Below are positions 1 through 11,084 of a stretch of DNA of 64,000 nt, in pieces. Source of the DNA: Anolis carolinensis (Eukaryota); the NCBI RefSeq assembly GCF_035594765.1, contig NW_026943824.1, positions 7,582,317 through 7,646,316 on the forward strand. Direction: 5' to 3'. Position numbers and translations under genes: made by a program. Within the stretch, counting starts at the first letter, position 1. Each line of letters opens with the position of its first letter. The notes beneath the pieces are model-generated. The model was not told the origin of the DNA, ran no database searches, and saw only the letters and a program-made list of their open reading frames with translations.

Positions 1-39
1 ATCAGGGTCATTTGAAGACCACAGTTTGTGCTGTTGAAT

Positions 40-281
40 CAGGATAATGGGGTCTGCAATACATCCTGAACATCAGGAAGAACTTCCTCACTGTGGGAGC
101 TGTTCGGCAGTGGAACTCTCTCCCCCTGATTGTGGTGGAGGCTCCTTCTTTGGAGGCTTTTAAGCAGAGGCTGGATGGCCATCTGTCGGGGGTGCTTTGA
201 ATGCGATTTCCTGCTTCTTGGTAGGGGGTCAGACTGGATGGCCCATGAAGTCTCTTCCAACTCTACTATTCTATGATTCTA
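40..281 (+). mobile_element. CR1 LINE 3' end
   Basis: NIRKNFLT...[15 protein letters not shown] followed by an (ATTCTATG)-type tail. Confidence 0.85.
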
Positions 282-343
282 AAGAGAGAGAGAGGAATCC
301 CTGTTTTATGTAACTTTTCCCCACTAAGTCATGGAAGCCTCAC

Positions 344-377
344 CTGATTCAATATCTTCTATAGAAGCATTTGAAAC
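344..377 (-). CDS. ZC3H7A: ZC3H7A coding exon 7
   Basis: 34 nt, VSNASIEDIES, bounded by ttgcag and gtgagg. Confidence 0.8.
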
Positions 378-749
378 CTGCAAGAAAACAAAGTATTTTT
401 CAGCAGGGCGTCCACACAGCAGTGCCTCAAGGCATACATACATACATACATACTGAGGCCTCAAAAAGGTTTAATAACAAATATCTTCCACTTTGACTGA
501 ACGAGAAAGCACAAAACACAAGCGCCACTAACACAAACTATATTGCTGTCCAGCCTCTTCTCCTAAAAGATAATCAAGTAGTAGCCATATATTGTAATCT
601 CTGACAGAACAAATTTAAAAAGCAATGTATCCATGATTAAAAATAAAGCTAGCTGGTATTCATTTTAAACACAAATGGATATATGTGTTTCCTCCTTCCA
701 GCATTAGAAATATTTTTAAAGTTCTTTTCTGTTATTGAGAATCCCAGCC

Positions 750-757
<8 letters not shown>

Positions 758-808
<51 letters not shown>
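758..808. repeat. (AC)n microsatellite
   Basis: Seen directly. Confidence 0.95.
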
Positions 809-812
<4 letters not shown>

Positions 813-895
813 CTCCAACGTGGCAATTCACACTGACAGGAAAGAGTTCTATCAAAAGAACCCCCGTGTATATGGAAAAGGAAACAGCATCATAC

Positions 896-934
896 CTTAC
901 TCGATATTTCTCCAGAAACAGAGCTTGGGGAAGG
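896..934 (-). CDS. ZC3H7A: ZC3H7A coding exon 6
   Basis: 39 nt, PSPSSVSGEISSK, bounded by tgcag and gtatga. Same size as the recalled human segment. Confidence 0.7.
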
Positions 935-1059
935 CTGCAATGAAGAATATCTTTATAAATAAATGCAAAATGTCACCATAAAAAGAGCCATCAGCAACCA
1001 CATGAAGAAGAAATTGCATTTCAAAAACAACACCTAAATAAAACATGACTTCAACTTAC

Positions 1060-1140
1060 TTTTGCCCTAACGTAGGCTTTTCTTATTTTCAATCCAAGCT
1101 TCTGAGCAAGCTCTTGAGTTAATTTTATTACACTTTCATC
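1060..1140 (-). CDS. ZC3H7A: ZC3H7A coding exon 5
   Basis: 81 nt, DESVIKLTQELAQKLGLKIRKAYVRAK. Confidence 0.92.
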
Positions 1141-1716
1141 CTGTTTAAAAAAAATACACGTGATTAATATGCTGTTATGGAGTTTCATCTACATCTATCG
1201 ATACCTATCTATATAAATATTGATCTATAATAAAAGTCGAAATATGTTTGCAAGTTTATGTATAAAATGTGCGGGAAAGAGCCAGCTGTTACCCCAAGAG
1301 ACCATTGGAAGATCATGGGAAACCTTTTTTTTTTTACTTCAACGCCCACAATTCCTAACAGTTTGTTAGGAATTGTGGGAGTTGAAGTCCAAAACATCCC
1401 GAGGACCCAAATTTGCCCATGCCTGTACTAGAAGGTTGCCATGGAGACCTAAATCAGCCAGGTGCGCTCACTCCTCAAGGGACAAAGAAAATACTGCTTT
1501 GTGTTTCAGTCTGGGTGACTAACCCATCCCTACTACCAATAAAAAAACAATTATTTTTACTAATAAATCCATTACAAAATGCAAACCTGGACAATGTCGG
1601 GTACCTAAGCTAGTTAATAATATAATCCCCTGGAAAAAATAAAATATTTTGAACATTATTCCCCCAGCACAAATGAGTGAGGCCCAGTATTCCTTTTGCC
1701 AGCCTAGTGGGCTCAC

Positions 1717-1875
1717 CTGTGGCACTGCAAGGGAGCATTTAGCAACTGCATCGTATGCCTCCTTGTACCTTCCCAGTTCTTTTAAGGCTTTGGCTTTCCG
1801 ATACAGAGCTCGGAAATTGTTTTCATTCAGCTTTAAAATTACTCCGCAGTCTTCTAGGACTTTGTCATGCTGGCC
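1717..1875 (-). CDS. ZC3H7A: ZC3H7A coding exon 4 (TPR)
   Basis: 159 nt, GQHDKVLEDC...AYDAVAKCSLAVPQ. This is diagnostic of 7A rather than 7B. Confidence 0.93.
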
Positions 1876-2225
1876 CTGGACAAACAAATGCAAGCGTTAT
1901 CAGGAACGTTTTTTTCCTGGAATCATAGGACAAAGGAAGCCAACTGTGGCAAAGACCATTTAAGAGACCATTCCTTTCATGTAGCCTTAAAACTACGGGT
2001 GCCAACTTCCCTTCTCCATTTTAAAATGTCCTGCACCAATTTGTTAAGAACCACTCCCTTGACAGACAGCCAATGACCACAAAAATGCCCGCTCCTCTTC
2101 ATTAAAAACACAACCAGCAGAAGGACAAAAGGGACGCTTTTAAGGGAGACTGACATTCTCAAGGAAGAAACCTAGTAATGGATCAGGCCCATGAACCGCT
2201 TGCCCCCTTGCTGCCGCCTGCTTAC

Positions 2226-2423
2226 CTTTTTTGAATAACACGCAATGCGATTTACATGCAGCTTCTCTAATATTTCATCGGAAATGTGGATCCCTTCAGA
2301 ACTGGCATAATCAGAGATGTTCAAAGCTTCAGAGTAATGGCTCAGCGACCCTTCCCAGTCGCTTTCTCGGTAAGCGTCGTTCCCTTCGTGGAACAGGTTC
2401 TTGACAAGATCGCGTATGAATAC
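2226..2423 (-). CDS. ZC3H7A: ZC3H7A coding exon 3 (TPR)
   Basis: 198 nt, VFIRDLVKNLFHEGNDAYRE...VNRIACYSKK. Confidence 0.93.
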
Positions 2424-2811
2424 CTGGAAGACAAAGTGTCTATTAAGCATTCAGTAGGGTGGCTATAACAAGATCTAATTCAATGTCTAAAAAAGGAACT
2501 ACTCCGCTTGAGAATAACAAGAAAATTCAGGCAAAAGATGCTCAGCAGTCTGGACTAGGATCAACATTTATGGAATTTGTCCATAAATAGATTTGAGCTC
2601 AAGGGTGATTAGGAACACAGACAAACTTGTTTGCGATTCAAGGCTATTTTAACCTTATTTGTTTTAAATTGTGGCTTTCTCTTAGGACAAGATCTAACAA
2701 AGACAGTCACCATTGTTGTTGTTGTTGTTGTTGTTATTATTATTATTATTATTATTACTAATATCCTGCTTTCCCCCCCTAAAAAAGAGACTCAAAGCAG
2801 AACCCTGTTAC

Positions 2812-2851
2812 CTCATATTGTTCTTGAGTCCCTGGGTAGGGTAAAGTAGAC
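2812..2851 (-). CDS. ZC3H7A: ZC3H7A coding exon 2
   Basis: 40 nt, STLPYPGTQEQYE, AG/GT bounded, phase consistent. Confidence 0.9.
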
Positions 2852-3172
2852 CTGAGAAAGAGAAAGAGAAAACGAAACTGAAAACTTGTTCTGACTTTGT
2901 CCAAAAGGACTTTGTCCAAAAAGAGAGCTGATGAGACCAAAACAGGACTAAAAAGAAGGCAAACAATGTCTTCTCAAAGGAACACATGTCAATCATATAT
3001 AATTAAGTCCTTCTTTCCTAGTGAAGGCTTGTTTCAGCCCTCCTTTGAACACAAAAGTTATTATTTGAAAATTCCATGCAAAAAAAATTCTAACGAACAT
3101 TTTGTATTAAGGCAGCCTATCTGCCAAGGAAAATCCTTCAGACACAGAAATCCTGATGCCAAAGGCCCTTAC

Positions 3173-3240
3173 TGTATAAACTGCAGCCCCTTCTTGATCT
3201 CCTGCAGTCTGATGCTTCTATCCACGGAGACATTGGACAT
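3173..3240 (-). CDS. ZC3H7A: ZC3H7A coding exon 1 (TPR/CCCH zinc finger protein 7A)
   Basis: MSNVSVDRSIRLQEIKKGLQFIQ matches the recalled human ZC3H7A N-terminus. Acceptor at 3276, donor CA|GTAAG. CDS join on minus strand: 3240-3173, 2851-2812, 2423-2226, 1875-1717, 1140-1060, 934-896, 377-344, continuing beyond the window start. Confidence 0.9.
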
Positions 3241-4896
3241 GTTATCATGGACATCCACTTCTTCAGTGTGCAGCGTCTGAAACGGAAACAATAAGAAGTT
3301 ATTTAGGAAAGAAAGGATGAATGCTAACTATGGAAACAAATACACTTACAAGCAGTCAAAAGGGACAAATGGCGGTTTGATCAAGTAGAACATTTTGGGG
3401 GTTTTTCTTGTAATATTTTATTGATTTTCAGAAAGAAAGAAAAGTTTAAAAGAACACATACAACACCATAAGAAGGAGAAAAGACACACACAAACCAAGT
3501 AAAAGCTACTGTCACATATTTAGTTAAGACATCTGACAATGCAGTAGTCAATCCCTTCATGCCCTGGCAATTGCAAGAACCCAAAAAATAATTTTTCCCA
3601 AGCCAGAATCACAGGCCAAGTGAATGGACTGATTCATAACCACCTGATTCCTAAGAGAAAAACAATCTACCTGAAACACATAGGCCCCATCTACACTGCC
3701 ATATAATCCAGTTTCTGAATGCAGCTTAACTGCATTGACTTGTTTTATATATATATGGCAGTGTAGATCCAGCCATAGTTGTAATATTTGAAATAGTCTA
3801 ACTGTTTCAAAACTCACCGGCATGAAAAACCATCGACAAGGCTTTTCCCACAAAGTTATGAGCGAAATTACTCATTTTCAATCTTAAAAAGAGTCCAAGT
3901 AGCGATCCCTGATCTCTCCTGGCATGAACTCAACATTAATGGAGAACAGCCAATTTAAAAATAGAAAGGAAACTCTGAGGGAGGAACAAAACCAACAGTT
4001 TCGATTTCAAGTGGAGCTCCTACTGCAATCAGTTTGTTTTCGGCTATGTTTCCTACAATTGTATCTGCAAGAGCCCTCAACAAAAATATATGAAGGAAGC
4101 AGGGCCTCCTTTTAATTTCCTGAGACTTACAAGGGTTTCAGGGTTGTTAAAAGCCTTCGACAACACATCTTACAAGGGTTTGCTGTGGAAAAGCCACTGA
4201 AGCAGAGCACAACACAAACATCTATTCTATTCCTAGCACCTCTTTTCCTCCAATAACGTCTCTCACAAAATCGCTTCTTTAAAAAAGTGAAAGCAATACA
4301 AAATGGAATGCAGAACAAGTGATTAAAAACCACAGTAAATACAGTAATCTTATATGTTGAGGTCAACAATATAATAAATTTATATTTAGATTATATTGTT
4401 TATTGCCAACCGACTGACTTTCCTTCAAGGCTGCAAGGCCCCTTTGCACCTCAATTTTAAAAAGCAGGAAACAACAACAGCAACAGCATAATTGTAATAA
4501 TAACACTTAAACTTATTCTTGGCATTGCCCATTGAATGAAATAGCTTCCCATCAAGACAGGAACTAAACTGAATTCCAGTTTGAGAGAAAGGGGGGATAT
4601 ACGTTCAATAAATACAAAAATCAAAGAATATATAATAATATATAACACATTATTATGCTTATGTTTAGTTATACCCTGCTTTTCTCTCCACAGAAAGACT
4701 CAAAGCATCAAACATGTAAATAATAATAATATATATATAAAACACAAATCATAAATAAAAATAATGTACAATACACAATTATATACCCACACACATATAT
4801 AAACACATCATAAATCAAGTATCATATAATAATACATGATGTAATATGTGTATGATGCCATGTGTTGTGATATATGTCAAACATAAATCAAATTGC

Positions 4897-4960
4897 AGAA
4901 GCATTCTCTCCTGACGTTTCGCCTACATCAATGGAAGGCATCCTCAGAGGTTGTGAGGTA
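4897..4960 (-). ncRNA. Penelope-type minimal type I hammerhead ribozyme motif
   Basis: Minus strand cct-CTGAGGA-t-gcct...aggc-GAAA-CGTC-agg. Confidence 0.6.
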
Positions 4961-5288
4961 CAGTAGAGTCTCGCTTATCCAAGCTTCACTTATCCAAGGT
5001 TCTGTATTATCCAAAGCAGTCTGCCTTTTAGTAGTCATTGTTTTTGTAGTAAATGTTGCAATGTTTTGGTGCTAAATTCGTAAATACAGTACATAACATT
5101 GCTGTGTATTGAACTGCTTTTTCTGTCAATTTCTTGTAAAACATGATGTTTTGGTGTTTAATTTGTAAAATCATAATGTAATTTTATGTTTAATAGGCGT
5201 TTTTCTTAATCCCTCCTTATTATCCAAGATTTTCACTTATCGAATGTTCTGCTGGCCCGTTTATCTTGGATAAGTGAGACTCTACTGT
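4961..5288. mobile_element. Tc1/mariner-type MITE (high-copy family)
   Basis: TIR CAGTAGAGTCTC(A/G)CTTATCC with TA flanks. Further copies start near 8408, 8992, 10143, 19784, 29626, 31939, 33196, 46579, 47943, 52456, 54910, 55313, 56163 and 63043. Confidence 0.85.
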
Positions 5289-5321
5289 ATTATGATATAT
5301 GTCAAACATAAATCAAATTGC

Positions 5322-5385
5322 AGAAGCATTCTCTCCTGACGTTTCGCCTACATCAATGGAAGTCATCCTCAGAGGTTGTGAGGTA
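5322..5385 (-). ncRNA. Penelope-type hammerhead motif (stem II weakened)
   Basis: Minus strand cct-CTGAGGA-t-gactt...taggc-GAAACGTC-agg. Confidence 0.5.
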
Positions 5386-5667
5386 TATTGTAAACTAGGT
5401 TTATTTATCTGTAGAAGGTCCAGGGTGGGAGAAAGAACTCTAGTCCCACTCTATGGCACTTCCTGTCCCCTGCCTGTCCTACCTGGCAGGGTTGTTGTAC
5501 TTGGGATACGGTACAAAAAAGACTATTAATTGGGAGAGGAGTTTTGTGTTTTAGGAAGGCCACCTATGAAGCGAGGCCGCCTCTCCGCCTCAGAACCCCT
5601 TCTCTTGCCCCCGAAGAGAGGCGCTTCCCGCCTCAAAGGCCGGACCCTCATTCCCCTCAGGGCTCAC

Positions 5668-5870
5668 CTGCTCCTTCAAGGCCAAAGGAAGGAAGGAAAG
5701 AAGGAAGGAAGGAAAGGGGAAGAGCGGGGAGGAGGAGAAGGCAGCGCGGCGGAGGCCCTTCGCGACGAGACAGGCCCCTCTCTCCCTCCCTCTCCGCTCC
5801 TTCGGTGGCTCCTCCGGTCCCTTCCGGTCTGCGCGCTCTTCCGGTCTGGCACTCCGGCTCCCGTCGCCAC
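5668..5870 (-). other. ZC3H7A: ZC3H7A non-coding first exon (5' end approximate)
   Basis: CpG-rich segment ending at minus-strand donor CAG|GTGAGC (5668/5667), with CCAAT boxes directly upstream. Confidence 0.6.
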
Positions 5871-5879
5871 AGCGCCCCC

Positions 5880-6110
5880 TATCGCGCGGAGGGCAGCGCT
5901 GCCACGAAGGCTCCCGCTGATTGGTCCAGAGAGAGATTGAGCCCTCGCTCCGATTGGGCCACGCTTTTCTTCCCGCCCGCTTTGAGGCCTTCCTCAAAGC
6001 GGGCTTCCTATTGGCTGCATCGTCGCGTTTCAAGAGAAAGCCCCACCTCTGCTAGGATCCGATTGGTTTTCGGCGGAGTAGCCGCTTCTCTCATTGGCTG
6101 AGCGCGGGAC
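5880..6110. promoter_or_regulatory. CpG-island promoter of ZC3H7A with five CCAAT boxes
   Basis: ATTGG at 5920, 5953, 6010, 6062 and 6093; CpG-rich. Confidence 0.7.
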
Positions 6111-6210
6111 AGCAAGAATGCTCACAAGGAGACCAGCTTCCAGTCACCAGGAAGTAGTAGACTTTGTGAGAACGAAGCAAACAGGACAGCAGCAAAGAGT
6201 ATACACGATC

Positions 6211-6300
6211 CCAACCTCTGAGGATGTCTGCCAAAGATGTGGGCGAAACGTCAGGAAATAATGCTTCTGGAACATGGCCAGACAGCACGGGAAACTCACA
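6211..6300 (+). ncRNA. Penelope end fragment with hammerhead motif
   Basis: CTGAGGA 6218-6224, stem II gtctgc/gtgggc, GAAACGTC 6245-6252, stem I cct/agg. Confidence 0.6.
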
Positions 6301-6860
6301 GCAACCCAAAGAGTATACTGCGCATGCGTACCCTGCATGGTGGCCTCACGTCATTCCCCTCAGCAACCCAAAGAGTATACTGCGCATGCGTATCTTGCAT
6401 GGTGGCCTCACGTCACTCCCTTCAGCAACCCAAAGAGTATACTACGCATGCGTACCCTGCATGGTGGCCTCACGTCACTCCCCTTAGCAAGAGTATACTG
6501 CGCATGCGTACCCTGAATGGTGGCCTCACGTCACTCCCCTCAGCAACCCAAAGTATACTGCGCATGCGTACACTGCATGGCGGCCTCACGTCACTCCCCT
6601 CAGCAACCCAAAGAGTATACTGCGCATGCGTATTCTGAATGGTGGCCTCACGTCACTCCCCTCAGCAGCCCAAAGAGTATACGGCGCATGCGTGCCCTGA
6701 ATGGTGGCTTCACGTCACTCCTCTCAGCAACCCAAAGCATAGTGCGCATGCGTACACTGCATGGTGGCTTCATTGCTCCCCTCAGCAACCCAAAGAGTAT
6801 ACTGCGCATGCGTGCCCTGAATGAAGGCTTTACGTCACTCCCCTCAGCAACTGCATGCGC
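6299..6860. repeat. ~56-62 bp promoter minisatellite, 9 copies plus a partial
   Basis: Unit cagcaacccaaagagtatactgcgcatgcgtaccctgcatggtggcctcacgtcactcccct. Confidence 0.95.
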
Positions 6861-6889
6861 GAGAAGTTCCAACCCGCGCTAAGAAACTT

Positions 6890-7021
6890 TGAGGGCGGGG
6901 CGTTCGGGAAGGGGCGTGGCCTGGAGCATCATCTGCTTTTCTATAGGTGGCATCATAACCAAAGCCTTATGACGTCACCCAGATTCCAAACAATTCATTC
7001 AGGAAGCAAAATAAAGCGGAG
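6890..7021 (+). promoter_or_regulatory. Probable promoter and non-coding first exon of the NAGA-like gene
   Basis: GC boxes at about 6892-6920, perfect CRE TGACGTCA at 6970-6977, candidate donor GAG|GTGGGT at 7021, matching acceptor TTTTGCAG at 7354. Confidence 0.5.
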
Positions 7022-7370
7022 GTGGGTCTAGGAAAGCAAAGGATAAAAAGGATGCCCCATTTTTCAACATTTCCTCTTTAACATTCCTGAATTATTCAGC
7101 CTGAATCGTTCAATTTGCACTTTTTGGCACCATCCTTGCACACTTTCAGCCTCTTAAAGGGACAGTACAGGCTCATGGCTCTGTCCAAGGTGCTGAACCT
7201 CTACTTACTTTGAAAGTACAGTAGTAGTTCTCAAAGTTTTGCAGTTTTATAAGTTTTCCCCATTTTTATGATAGAACCAATTAGGAAACAATGACATTTG
7301 TAACCCAGGAATAGAAATTGTGCATTGCGTTAGAATGTTGTTTTTGTTTTGCAGGGTTTCTGTCCGAATC

Positions 7371-7525
7371 ATGCCGCCCTTTCCTCTGTGGGTCTTTCTA
7401 ATCCTTCCTTGTGGCACTTTTGGCTTGGAAAACGGGCTCCTCCGGACGCCCCCGATGGGGTGGGTGCCGTGGGAGCGCTTCCGGTGCAACACCAATTGCG
7501 CCCACGACCCCGACAACTGCATCAG
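7371..7525 (+). CDS. Alpha-N-acetylgalactosaminidase-like (GH27) coding exon 1: signal peptide + [13 protein letters not shown]
   Basis: [40 protein letters not shown]...NCI. Join 7371-7525, 10761-10935, 13611-13788, 15134-15228, 16893-17054, 17622-17819, 18319-18579 gives 1224 nt, 407 aa, no frameshift. Confidence 0.92.
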
Positions 7526-7610
7526 GTGAGAGTTGTGTCTCTACCAGGCATGGGCAAACTTTTTTTTTCTCCCCAAAGGGAATTTTTATTAATCATTATT
7601 TTATAATACA

Positions 7611-8149
7611 CTAGCTGTGCCCGGCCACGCGTTGCTGTGGCATTGTCTGGTGGTGTTGGTGAGAAATTGTTGAGGTAGTGGTGGTATTGAATGTCTGTTG
7701 TATGGTTGTCTTTATGTTTAGTATGCACACTGAAGTGGATTATACTGCAATGTGGACTCAAGATAATCCAGTTCAAAGCAGATAATATAAGATTCTAAAT
7801 GGGTTATATAGCTGTGTGGAAGGGCCTTGAGTTTACACTGCCATATAATCGAGTTCAAATTTGATAATCTGTGGAAGAGGCCTAAGTGAGGCCTAACTGT
7901 GCCTGTCCCCTGGGCTGAGTAGGTTGCTAGGAGACCAAGTGGGCGGAGCTTAGCCTTCTAACTGGCAGCAATTGGATAAAAAGTATTATTCCTCTCCCTG
8001 TAATTAGGACTTTATTTTTCTTTTCTTTTTGTTGTATCAACCTAGAGCCGTGAATGATGGGTTGTGTTGTCAAATTTCGAGGTTGGGGGGCCTGTAGTTT
8101 TGTTGTTTTGTCCGCTGCCCTGATGCCATCACTCTTTTATATATACAGA
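7611..8149 (-). mobile_element. Non-autonomous Helitron
   Basis: 5' TC, 3' GC-rich hairpin plus CTAG, inserted between A and T with no TSD. Confidence 0.75.
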
Positions 8150-9580
8150 TAATCATAGTTACATTTTCCTTTTCCATTCCCTTCTCCCTCCCCTTCCCTG
8201 TTGACAACTTAAACCTTATTTTTTTGGTTACATGAGCCTTTTTTCCATTCTTTCCAGTTTTTTCTTTCAGCTTTTGTCATCTGGTTTAACAATCTGTAGC
8301 CATCTGCTGAATTGAGTCCATATTTCTTTAATTTTCTTCTGTTTGTCTGACCACTTTTTTTGTTTCTTATAATGTCCATAATATCCAGTTGTATTTAGTC
8401 CCACATACAGTAGAGTCTCGCTTATCCAAGGTTCTGGATTATCCAAGCCATTTTTGTAGTCAATGTTTTCAATATATCGTGATATTTTGGTGCTAAATTC
8501 GTAAATACAGTAATTACAACATAACATTACTGCATATTGAACTGCTTTTTCTGTCAAATTTGTTGTAAAACATGATGTTTTGGTGCTTAATTTGTAAAAT
8601 CATCACCTAATTTGATGTTTAATAGGCTTTTCCTTAATCCCTCCTTCTTATCCAAGATATTCGCTTATCCAAGGTTCTGCCGGCCCGTTTAGCTTGGATG
8701 AGACTCTACAGTATATTCATTTTTTCAAGTGTCCATTTCTTTTTATCCTTCCACCCTCATGCTATTTCTGCGTGTGCAGCTCTAAACATTATCATCATTA
8801 TTTTTTGGCCTTGGTCCTTAATTCTTCTGTCCCCATATATCCCTATTAACAGAATTTGCATATTTACTGTATATACCCGAGTATAAGCCTAGTTTTTCAG
8901 CCCTCTTTTAGGACTGAAAAATACCCTCCTCGGCTTATAATTGGGTGAGGGTCCTGGTGGGCTTATATTCAGGTCAGCTTATACTCAAGTACAGTAGAGT
9001 CACACTTATCCAAGCTAAATGGGCCGGCAGAATCTTGGATAAGCGAATATCTTGGATAATAAGGAGTTTAGCACCAAAATATCACGATATATTGAAAACA
9101 TTGACTACAAAATTGGCTTGGATAATCCAGAAGCTTGAATAAGCAAGGCTTAGGATACTCTACTGTATATATGGTATATTTATTATTTTTCTCTGTTATT
9201 ATTGGTATTGTTACATTTATTATTTTACTCTATTAATTATTATTATTACGTTTATTATTTTACTCTATTATTGTTGTTACTTTTACATTTATTTTACTCT
9301 ATTTTTATTATTATTAATACATTTATTCTTTTACTCTATTTATTATTACATATTATTTTACTGCAATTATTATTATTACATTTATTATGTCACTCTATTA
9401 TTATTAACAAGATACATAAGCACATTTACATCGAAGAAGATGAAAATAATGATTTAATCAGAATTGAACAGTCATATCTTAAATTACAATTTGATGTAAA
9501 GATTCAAAACCATTTAAACTACTGATGCCTCAATTAATGTAATTTTATTGGTATTTTGGCTTATACTGGAGTCAATGTTT

Positions 9581-10050
9581 TTATTTATTTATTTATTTAT
9601 TTACTTACTTACCTACAGTATTTATATTCCGCCCTTCTCACCACAAAGGGGACTCAGGGCGGATCACATTATATGCATTCAATGCCCATATACACATAGA
9701 ACCGAGACAGAGACAGATGCAGAGGCAATTTAACCTTCTCCTGAGGGGATGTTCGATTCTGGCCACAGGGGGGAGCAACTGCTTCATCATCCACTCTGAC
9801 AGCACTTCCTCATTCCAACGTCGTAAATTAGTTAAATTTGTCTCTCACTTTATAAGTGGTACCTTATTTCCTACTTGATAGATGCAACTATCTTTCGGGT
9901 TGCTAGGTCAGCAACGAGCAGGGGCTATTTTATTTTATTTCATTTTTAATTGATGGGTGCTCACCCCACCACGGGCTGGCCTCGAACTCATGATCTCATG
10001 GTCAGAGTGATTTATTGCAGAGTGATTTATTGCCTGTGCCACAGCCCGGC
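9581..10050 (-). mobile_element. tRNA-derived SINE (Anolis SINE2-like)
   Basis: Reverse-orientation relative of the 12771 copy, with a (TAAA)n tail. Confidence 0.65.
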
Positions 10051-10760
10051 TCCAGTTTTTTTCCCAGTTTTTTTTTTTTTGGTGGTAAAATTAGCTGCCT
10101 CGGCTTATATTCGGGTCGGCTTATACTCGAGTATATATGGTACAGTAGAGTCTCACTTATCCAACGTTCTGGATTATCCAACGCATTTTTGTAGTCAATG
10201 TTTGCAATATATCGTGATATTTTGATGCTAAATTCGTAAATACAGTAATTACTACATAGCATTAATGTGTAATGAACTACTTTTTCTGTCAAATTTGTTG
10301 TATAACATGATGTTTTGGTGCTTAATTTGTAAAATCATAACCTATTTTGATGTTTAATAGGTTTCTCCTTAATCTCTCCTTATTATCCAAGATATTTGCT
10401 TATCCAACGTTCTGCCAGCCCGTTTATGTTGGATAAGTGAGACTCTACTGTATATCAAATTAGGTTTTAGTATGTAATTCAGCCTGGGTTAGAATTTGGT
10501 TCCAAATTTTTTTAATCTTTTTACATTCCCACCATAGATGAGAGTGCCATGACTCCCTACTCCCACAATGCCAACATTTGGGGGCATGGGCAAACTTTGA
10601 CCCTCCATCCAGGTGTTTCGTACTTCAACTCCCACAATCCCTAACAGCCTCAGGCCCCTTCCTTTCCCCCCTCATCCGCTTAGGCTAGAACTAATTAGGA
10701 AATGACATGTATAACCCAAGTCACACTGCCTTCCTTCTGGGTTTTGTTCCCTGCCAACAG

Positions 10761-10935
10761 TGAAGGCCTGATCAAGGCCATGGCCGACCGGCTGGTGGAG
10801 GACGGCTGGAAGGAGCTGGGCTACGAATACGTCAACCTAGATGACTGCTGGGCGGCAAAGAAGAGGGACCCTCAAGGGAAGCTCCAGCCAGACCCTGAGC
10901 GCTTCCCCAGTGGAATCAAGTCTCTGGCCGACTAT
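10761..10935 (+). CDS. NAGA-like coding exon 2
   Basis: 175 nt; GH27 motif GYEYVNLDDCW...DPERFPSGIKSLADY. Confidence 0.95.
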
Positions 10936-11084
10936 GTGAGTCTAGCCCTTCAGACTCAACACTCATGGAAGCCTCTCAGATAAGAACTGCACAAGCAAGC
11001 CCCACTCGTTCTCCTTCTATTCACTACTTACTGGCTTAGGTACCCGCCAATGCCCGGGTGAGGTCTTTTGTAATGATAAATAGA

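Noticed and set aside
5530-6101. GC-rich ORFs at the CpG island
   Set aside because: Stop-poor promoter and 5' UTR sequence with no recognisable protein.
6299-6860. CRISPR-like regular repeat
   Set aside because: Whole units repeat with no unique spacers, there are no cas genes, and the context is vertebrate. It is a VNTR.
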